Assembly: GCA_025056305.1 (NCBI GenBank)
Contig: JANWWJ010000031.1
Span: 66,861 to 130,860 of the forward strand
Direction of reading: 5' to 3'
From: Chitinophagales bacterium
GTDB lineage: Bacteria > Bacteroidota > Bacteroidia > Chitinophagales > UBA10324
DNA: 64,000 nucleotides
Shown: in pieces, positions 58,460 through 64,000 of the stretch
How positions within the stretch are numbered: position 1 is the first letter of the stretch
Layout: each line of letters starts with the position of its first letter
The notes under the pieces: generated by a model
What the model saw: only the letters and a program-made list of their open reading frames with translations
Told to the model about the DNA's origin: nothing
The model's database searches: none
Position numbers and translations under genes: made by a program

Positions 58460-59883
58460 CAATTGGTGCTGGGTGTTGAGGTGGGAGACAAAGTTCCCAA
58501 TAAGGTAGCAGAGGTACAGCCGGTTACCTGTACGAATACATATTCACCTTTACGGGCCTGGCCTGCATCGAAAACGATCATCTGGTTCTGGCTGTTGCGA
58601 CCGGCTAATTGATTTGCCGAGCGGCGCGACGGCCCTTCAACAAGCACTTCGTGAATTTTTCCGATTTGTTCGCGGTTGCGCTGGAGCTGGTGCTGGTTTT
58701 GTAGCTGAATGACTTCCTGGAGGCGACGGGCTTTGACATCGTCGGGCACGTCATCAGCAAAATGACGGGCAGCATAGGTGCCGGGTCGTTCGGAGTATCG
58801 AAACATGAAAGCCTGATGATAACGTACATAGTCCATCATCTCCAAGGTTTTTTGATGGTCGTCTTCGGTTTCGCCGCAGAAACCCACAATGATGTCCGTA
58901 GACAAAGCGCAATCGGGGAGCACTTCACGGATGCGGTCCACCTTTCGCCGATACCATTCGGCATCGTAGTTACGGAACATACGTTGCAATACTGCAGAGC
59001 TTCCCGACTGCACAGGCAAGTGAATATACCGGCAAATGTTGGGGTGGTCGGCCATGGTAAAAAGCACGTCATCAGTGATGTCTTTGGGATGAGACGTGCT
59101 AAACCGAATACGCAGTTTTGGGCTGATGGCCGCTACCTGAGCCAGCAATTGAGCGAAGGTGACGACGGTATGGGTGGCAGGATCTTCCCAGCGGTAACTA
59201 TCTACGTTTTGACCCAGCAAGGTGACTTCGCGGTAGCCAAGGTCAAAAAGTTCGCGGGCTTCGCGAAGAATAGAAGCCGGCGGTCGACTACGCTCACGGC
59301 CCCTGGTGAAAGGAACCACGCAGAAAGAGCACATGTTGTTGCAGCCGCGCATGATGGAAATGAAGGCGTTGACGCCATTAGACGCCAACCTTACAGGGCT
59401 GATGTCGGCATAAGTCTCTTCACGCGACAACAACACATTTATTGCTTTCTGCCCACTTTCCGCTTGAGCTATGAGGGCCGGTAGGCTACGATAGGCATCA
59501 GGGCCGATCACCAAATCAACGATGTGCTCTTCTTCCAATAACTTGGATTTGAGCCTTTCGGCCATGCAGCCTAATACGCCAATGAGGAGGCCCGGCCGCC
59601 GACGCTTTATAGCATGAAATTCACCTAGGCGAGCACGTACCCGCTGCTCGGCGTTTTCCCGTATGCTGCATGTGTTCAAAAGGATGAGATCAGCCAAATG
59701 AAAGTCTTCTGTTGGATGATATCCATGCTTGGTTAAAATGGCTGCTATGATTTCCGAGTCGTTGAAATTCATCTGGCAGCCATAGGTTTCAATGTAAAAA
59801 CGAGGGGTTGATCCACCGACCCGATGGTCCTCGGCGACGGCTGCCAATCCGATTTCTCTTTCTAAATTCGGGACGAATGCCAT
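58459..59883 (-). CDS. miaB: tRNA-2-methylthio-N6-dimethylallyladenosine synthase MiaB
   Basis: FYIETYGCQMN, the radical-SAM motif CNNMCSFCVVP, and a C-terminal TRAM domain (EVLVEG...GRN). Confidence 0.92.
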   Translation of the reverse strand: MAFVPNLEREIGLAAVAEDHRVGGSTPRFYIETYGCQMNFNDSEIIAAILTKHGYHPTEDFHLADLILLNTCSIRENAEQRVRARLGEFHAIKRRRPGLLIGVLGCMAERLKSKLLEEEHIVDLVIGPDAYRSLPALIAQAESGQKAINVLLSREETYADISPVRLASNGVNAFISIMRGCNNMCSFCVVPFTRGRERSRPPASILREARELFDLGYREVTLLGQNVDSYRWEDPATHTVVTFAQLLAQVAAISPKLRIRFSTSHPKDITDDVLFTMADHPNICRYIHLPVQSGSSAVLQRMFRNYDAEWYRRKVDRIREVLPDCALSTDIIVGFCGETEDDHQKTLEMMDYVRYHQAFMFRYSERPGTYAARHFADDVPDDVKARRLQEVIQLQNQHQLQRNREQIGKIHEVLVEGPSRRSANQLAGRNSQNQMIVFDAGQARKGEYVFVQVTGCTSATLLGTLSPTSTPSTN

Positions 59884-60007
59884 TGTTGAGGCAAAGATAG
59901 CAGTTCAATCAGTGGGAGCTTCATTGCGCAGCATGTCAAAAAGCGATGTGGTGAATTTGAACTTCATTAAATCATTTTCTTTTACTTTGGCTACGTGATC
60001 AGATGCC

Positions 60008-62392
60008 ATGAACACTAAACAAGGGGTTCTGCTGTGCCTGCTGCTGAAAAGCACCTTTTTTTGTTTTGGCCAAAATTTCAATCTAACGTTTCGCGATCAG
60101 GTTACTTATCCCTACACATGCGCCAGTATTTGGGGTTATTACACTAACGGACGGGAATATGCCTTAGTGGGGACTTACGAGGGAATTTCGATTGTCGACG
60201 TTACCGACCCCGACAATGCTGTGGTCTTATTTGACGTGAAACATAATGGGGCATTCAGCTTCTGGCGTGAGGTAAAAACATGGCAGCATTATGCCTATGC
60301 TACCAATGAGGAAAACAATGGCTTGCTGATCGTTGACCTTCAAAACCTGCCGAATTCTATCCAACAATATCAGTTTATTTACCAGGACGCCAACGGCAAA
60401 AAGCAAACTACCGGCCATACCTTATGGATTGATGAAAAAGGCAGATTGTTTGTTTTCGGAGGTAACTATGCACAAGGTTATACCTGTTTTGACCTTACGG
60501 CCGACCCGCTCAATCCAACATATTTGGGCAAGTACAGCCAACATTATATCCATGATGGATTTGTGAGAGGTGATACGTTGTGGGCTTCCGAAATATACGA
60601 TGGCATATTGCGCATTATGGATGTAAGCAATCCCGCAGCACCTGTGGTGTTAGCCGATGTGCCTACGCCAGGAGCATTTACGCACAATGCATGGCCAACT
60701 TCTGACAACCGATATGTATTTACCACCGACGAGGTGACCAACAGCTATATCACGGCCTACGACGTCAGCGATTTGAGCAACATCACCGAGGTAGATCGGG
60801 CTCAAGCGCATCCGGGAACCGGCAGCATCGTACACAATGTTCATTTGTATAACGATACTTTTCTCGTAGCGGCTTATTACCGTGACGGCGTGGTTATTTA
60901 TGATGTCAGCGATCCGTCGAACATGGTTAAGGTAGCCGAATACGACACATATGCGGGTTCGGGCAGCGGATTTAATGGCACCTGGGGGGTATATCCGTGG
61001 TTTCCTTCAGGAACTATTGTTGCCTCCAACATTGAAGATGGTTTATTTGTGCTAACCCCCCAATACATACCTGCAGCACGGCTCCAAGGCACTGTTATGG
61101 ATGCAAACAGCGGGGCTCCTTTATACAATGCTACCGTAAGCATTTTAGGTGCTTCGATCACTGAAACCACCGACCTGAGTGGATTTTACAAAACAGGCGT
61201 CGCTGGCAGCGGAACATTTACAGTCGAAGTGTGGCGTTCAGGCTATCAAACGACTACCATTTCCAATGTGGTGCTTTCAGCCGGCAGCACGACTGTGTTG
61301 AATGTGGCTCTAGTGCCCGTAGCCACAGCTCTGGTAAGCGGTTGGGTGCTGGATTCGGTTACCAATCAACCTATTGCTTCGGCCAGCGTACGCTTGAGTG
61401 GCACTGCAGGAACTAACTACGAGACAACGACTGATGCTTCAGGTGCTTTTTCCGTATTCGCGTTGTACGACACTTATAGCATCTATGCTGGGAAGTGGGG
61501 CTACCGGGAAAAAGGAATTTACACTTACGTGGCTGATGCCAACAGTCAGCCGGTGACCTTATTGTTGCGGAAAGGATACTACGACGACTTTGTGGTGGAT
61601 CAAGGATGGTTGGTAAGCGGTGGAGCAACTACCGGCAAATGGGTTCGGACGAAGCCTATTGGTACTTATTTGTTCAATGTGCCTTATAATCCCGACAAAG
61701 ACATTGATGGCGATTGGGGAGATGACTGTTATGTTACCGGAAACAATGTCAGCGATCCTAATTCCATAGGAGAAGATGACGTCGATAACGGCATAGTTAA
61801 CCTCACTTCTCCTGTTATGAACCTGAGCAATTATGGCGATCCGGTGATTCGCTTCTATGCATGGTTTGCCAATGGTGGGGGCATGAGCCTCCCTAATGAC
61901 ACGCTGCGCGTCTCTTTATCAGACGGAACGCAAATGATTCATGTATTGAAAATCCATGCCAACAACTTTCCGATGCATCAATGGAACTATCATGAAATTC
62001 ATGTTGCAAATTATTTGAATGCATGGGACAATGTTACCATTCGTTTTCAGACCAGCGATCTACAAAGCAGCGGTCATGTTGTAGAGGCAGGCATTGATTA
62101 TTTCGGCGTGTACGATGCCTTGGCCGTTGGTCAACAGCTTACCACCAGCGCCACAGTTCGAATTTATCCAAATCCTGCCGACCGGTTTTGCAGGATCGTC
62201 AGCGGTCCTCATCAGAAAATAAAATCGATTCGGTTGTATGATTTATGGGGCCGAAGGGTAGCCCATGTGGTTTGTGACCACAGCCAACCCGCATTATCTA
62301 TACCCTTACAGGGTTTATCTGCTGGTAGTTACGTTTTGGAATGCGAAACAGAGGAGGAACTCGTACGGCATCCGCTGTTGATTTGCCGGTAA
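60008..62392 (+). CDS. LVIVD-repeat / choice-of-anchor-B-like secreted protein with carboxypeptidase-regulatory-like domains and T9SS CTD
   Basis: Signal peptide. A beta-propeller-like N-terminal half carries LLIVDLQN and ISIVDVTDP (LVIVD repeats). It has two CarbopepD_reg-like segments (GTVMDANSGAPLYNATVSI; GWVLDSVTNQPIASASVRL) and a C-terminal VRIYPNPADRFCRI...LSAGSYVLE sorting domain. Confidence 0.75.
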   Translation: MNTKQGVLLCLLLKSTFFCFGQNFNLTFRDQVTYPYTCASIWGYYTNGREYALVGTYEGISIVDVTDPDNAVVLFDVKHNGAFSFWREVKTWQHYAYATNEENNGLLIVDLQNLPNSIQQYQFIYQDANGKKQTTGHTLWIDEKGRLFVFGGNYAQGYTCFDLTADPLNPTYLGKYSQHYIHDGFVRGDTLWASEIYDGILRIMDVSNPAAPVVLADVPTPGAFTHNAWPTSDNRYVFTTDEVTNSYITAYDVSDLSNITEVDRAQAHPGTGSIVHNVHLYNDTFLVAAYYRDGVVIYDVSDPSNMVKVAEYDTYAGSGSGFNGTWGVYPWFPSGTIVASNIEDGLFVLTPQYIPAARLQGTVMDANSGAPLYNATVSILGASITETTDLSGFYKTGVAGSGTFTVEVWRSGYQTTTISNVVLSAGSTTVLNVALVPVATALVSGWVLDSVTNQPIASASVRLSGTAGTNYETTTDASGAFSVFALYDTYSIYAGKWGYREKGIYTYVADANSQPVTLLLRKGYYDDFVVDQGWLVSGGATTGKWVRTKPIGTYLFNVPYNPDKDIDGDWGDDCYVTGNNVSDPNSIGEDDVDNGIVNLTSPVMNLSNYGDPVIRFYAWFANGGGMSLPNDTLRVSLSDGTQMIHVLKIHANNFPMHQWNYHEIHVANYLNAWDNVTIRFQTSDLQSSGHVVEAGIDYFGVYDALAVGQQLTTSATVRIYPNPADRFCRIVSGPHQKIKSIRLYDLWGRRVAHVVCDHSQPALSIPLQGLSAGSYVLECETEEELVRHPLLICR

Positions 62393-62808
62393 CCTCTGAG
62401 CAATCAACAAAATAAAATCGGTGGAAAGACACTCATGTGCGTGGGTGGATATTCAGATAATATGAGGTGGGCATAGCATGTGAATCAATGCCTGTAAAAA
62501 GCAAGAGATAAATTTTTTCTATCATCCTCAAAGTGCTTTAAATGAATGCTGACGATTAGTTAAAATCGGATTAATATTCCGGCTTGTAAAATCATTGCCC
62601 GCTTATGCAAGTAACTTGTTTTGGAACTGTCAACCCTGCCCAACTAAGCCGTTGAATTGCTCAGTGCGCGCACACAGTTCACAGATAATTAGGTGTGCAC
62701 TAATCGATGGCTTAAATGGCATCCAGAGTCTGTATCCTGGCAACAAACAGATTTAAGTTTTTCATTAAACAAGCTTATCCTTTATTCGGTTTAACGTATC
62801 TCACTCAT

Positions 62809-63564
62809 TCAGCCATAATTTTCGGAGACCTGCTGCCAGTTGACTACCTGCCACCAATCTTTAAGGTAGTCAGCACGGCGGTTCTGATGTTTGAGGTAAT
62901 AGGCGTGTTCCCATACATCTACGCCAAGAATGGGCTTACCTTGTTGCGCAACTATATCCATCAATGGATTGTCCTGATTAGGTGTAGTGGTGATCATCAG
63001 TCGGCCATTTGCGTCTTTAATGAGCCATGCCCAACCCGAACCAAAGATGCCCAGAGCCGCCTTGTTAAACTCTTCTTGAAATCGCTCCACGGACTCCCAG
63101 GTTGCCAGGAGGGCATCGCGCAGGCGACCTTGGGGTGCCGTTCCGCGTTGCGGGGACATGACCTTCCAGAAGAAAGAATGATTCCAGTGACCTCCACCAT
63201 TGTTACGTACTGCAGTGAAAATGTTTTCCGGAACCTTACTCAAGTTATTCATCAGATGATCGATGGAACTGTGCTGCCATTCCGGTGCATTGAGGAGGGC
63301 CTTATTTAAATTATCTACATAAGATCGGTGATGCCGATCATGGTGGATCCGCATGGTTTGTGAGTCTATATAGGGCTCCAAAGCTTCGTAGGCATAAGGT
63401 AAGGCTGGCAACTGAAAGTGAGGGTGATGTTCGTGTGCATGTATGTCTTCGTTCTGAAAGGGGCGAGCGGGCCATTTTGCCGAGATAGCTGGAACGGCCA
63501 CCGCCAATAATGCTGAACTTTGCTTGAGAAAAGCGCGACGTGTGAAGGATTTTGCCGTTTTCAT
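62809..63564 (-). CDS. sod: Fe/Mn superoxide dismutase with twin-arginine signal peptide
   Basis: N-terminal TRRAFLKQSSALLAVAV (Tat motif). The SOD motifs are LPYAYEALEPYID..TM.IHH.RHH, GGGHWNHSFFW and DVWEHAYYL. Confidence 0.92.
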   Translation of the reverse strand: MKTAKSFTRRAFLKQSSALLAVAVPAISAKWPARPFQNEDIHAHEHHPHFQLPALPYAYEALEPYIDSQTMRIHHDRHHRSYVDNLNKALLNAPEWQHSSIDHLMNNLSKVPENIFTAVRNNGGGHWNHSFFWKVMSPQRGTAPQGRLRDALLATWESVERFQEEFNKAALGIFGSGWAWLIKDANGRLMITTTPNQDNPLMDIVAQQGKPILGVDVWEHAYYLKHQNRRADYLKDWWQVVNWQQVSENYG

Positions 63565-63635
63565 GTTTTAAAAATAAGCTGGTGTAAAGCTAAAGCATGG
63601 GCTTCATTACCAGCGAGGTTGTGCAAGCTTAGGGC

Positions 63636-64000
63636 ATGTCAAAGAACCACTACGAAGAGGCGACGAAACAGAAAACCGTATGGGAAGTTGAAGGCATGAC
63701 GTGTTCCGCCTGTGCGCACACGATTACCAGGTATCTGGAGAAGAAAGGTTTCAACAATGTAAAATCGGATTACCTAACGGGTCGCGTATCATTTGAGGGT
63801 GACATCCGTGATGAGGATGAATTAAGGCGAGGGTTAGCCCTGCTGGGTTATCCTGTAAAAGAGCGGCAACGTAGGAAAAATAAAATCCCTGTTACCATCA
63901 ACAGTCTTGAAGGTCGCTTTTTAATAGCTGCCGTCCTTACGTTGCCCCTGCTTTTGCATATGTTTTTTCCTATACCCCTACTCCATCAAGCATGGCTGCA
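63636..64000 (+). CDS. copA: Heavy-metal (copper-type) P1B ATPase, 5' portion, running off the window
   Basis: The ATG at 63636 is preceded by an in-frame TAG. The HMA domain has GMTCSACAHTITRYLEKKG, and the first TM helix begins (FLIAAVLTLPLLLHMF). The frame is open to nt 64000, so it is absent from the ORF track. Confidence 0.85.
   Translation, partial: MSKNHYEEATKQKTVWEVEGMTCSACAHTITRYLEKKGFNNVKSDYLTGRVSFEGDIRDEDELRRGLALLGYPVKERQRRKNKIPVTINSLEGRFLIAAVLTLPLLLHMFFPIPLLHQAWL

Noticed and set aside
62716-63309. 197-aa plus-strand ORF
   Set aside because: It is entirely antisense to the well-supported SOD gene and has no motifs of its own.
1-64000. CRISPR arrays, rRNA genes, transposases, integrases, restriction-modification or toxin-antitoxin pairs
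   Set aside because: I looked for regularly spaced direct repeats, rRNA-like conserved stretches and the usual mobility or defence motifs in the translations, and found none apart from the island at 45.2-47.3 kb.

Overview
This 64-kb chromosomal segment reads as a Bacteroidota genome. The evidence is six large proteins ending in T9SS or gliding-type C-terminal sorting domains, a roughly 100-nt SRP RNA and a short 329-aa NuoG. I call about 60 protein genes, one tRNA (Arg-ACG), one SRP RNA and several hairpin terminators. Most genes are housekeeping. They include an M49 peptidase (5' partial), msrA, guaA, gyrA, rluD, lipB, a nuoA-K block that stops before nuoLMN, and an AbgT-family transporter. 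Further along are a lipoprotein-type truncated haemoglobin, transaldolase/FSA, an M1 peptidase, ltaE, a rhomboid protease, rlmH, aqpZ, a CaCA exchanger, nfeD-floA and a membrane pyrophosphatase. The last stretch holds prmC, ribD, a tightly coupled miaB / sigma-54 activator / lptE-like / hypothetical / secG operon, a Tat-signal SOD and the 5' end of a copA-type ATPase. The strongest candidate for something undescribed is a compact AT-rich island at about 45.2-47.3 kb. Hand counts give 30-35% G+C in two 60-nt samples inside it, versus 57% in a sample of the adjacent gene. It carries three tightly packed minus-strand genes: a 103-aa HNH nuclease with an intact catalytic and zinc motif, a 188-aa coiled-coil protein, and a 341-aa multi-TM coiled-coil protein that I recognise as DUF4407-like. 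I cannot match this combination to any named defence or mobile system. The second point of interest is an 840-bp gene-free region at 38.2-39.1 kb. It contains two perfect copies of a 21-nt palindrome-bearing repeat, nested long-range helices and a strong intrinsic terminator, which suggests an unclassified structured RNA. All calls come from reading the sequence and ORF translations by eye. No searches or folding programs were run, so family names are recollections of motifs and RNA boundaries are approximate.
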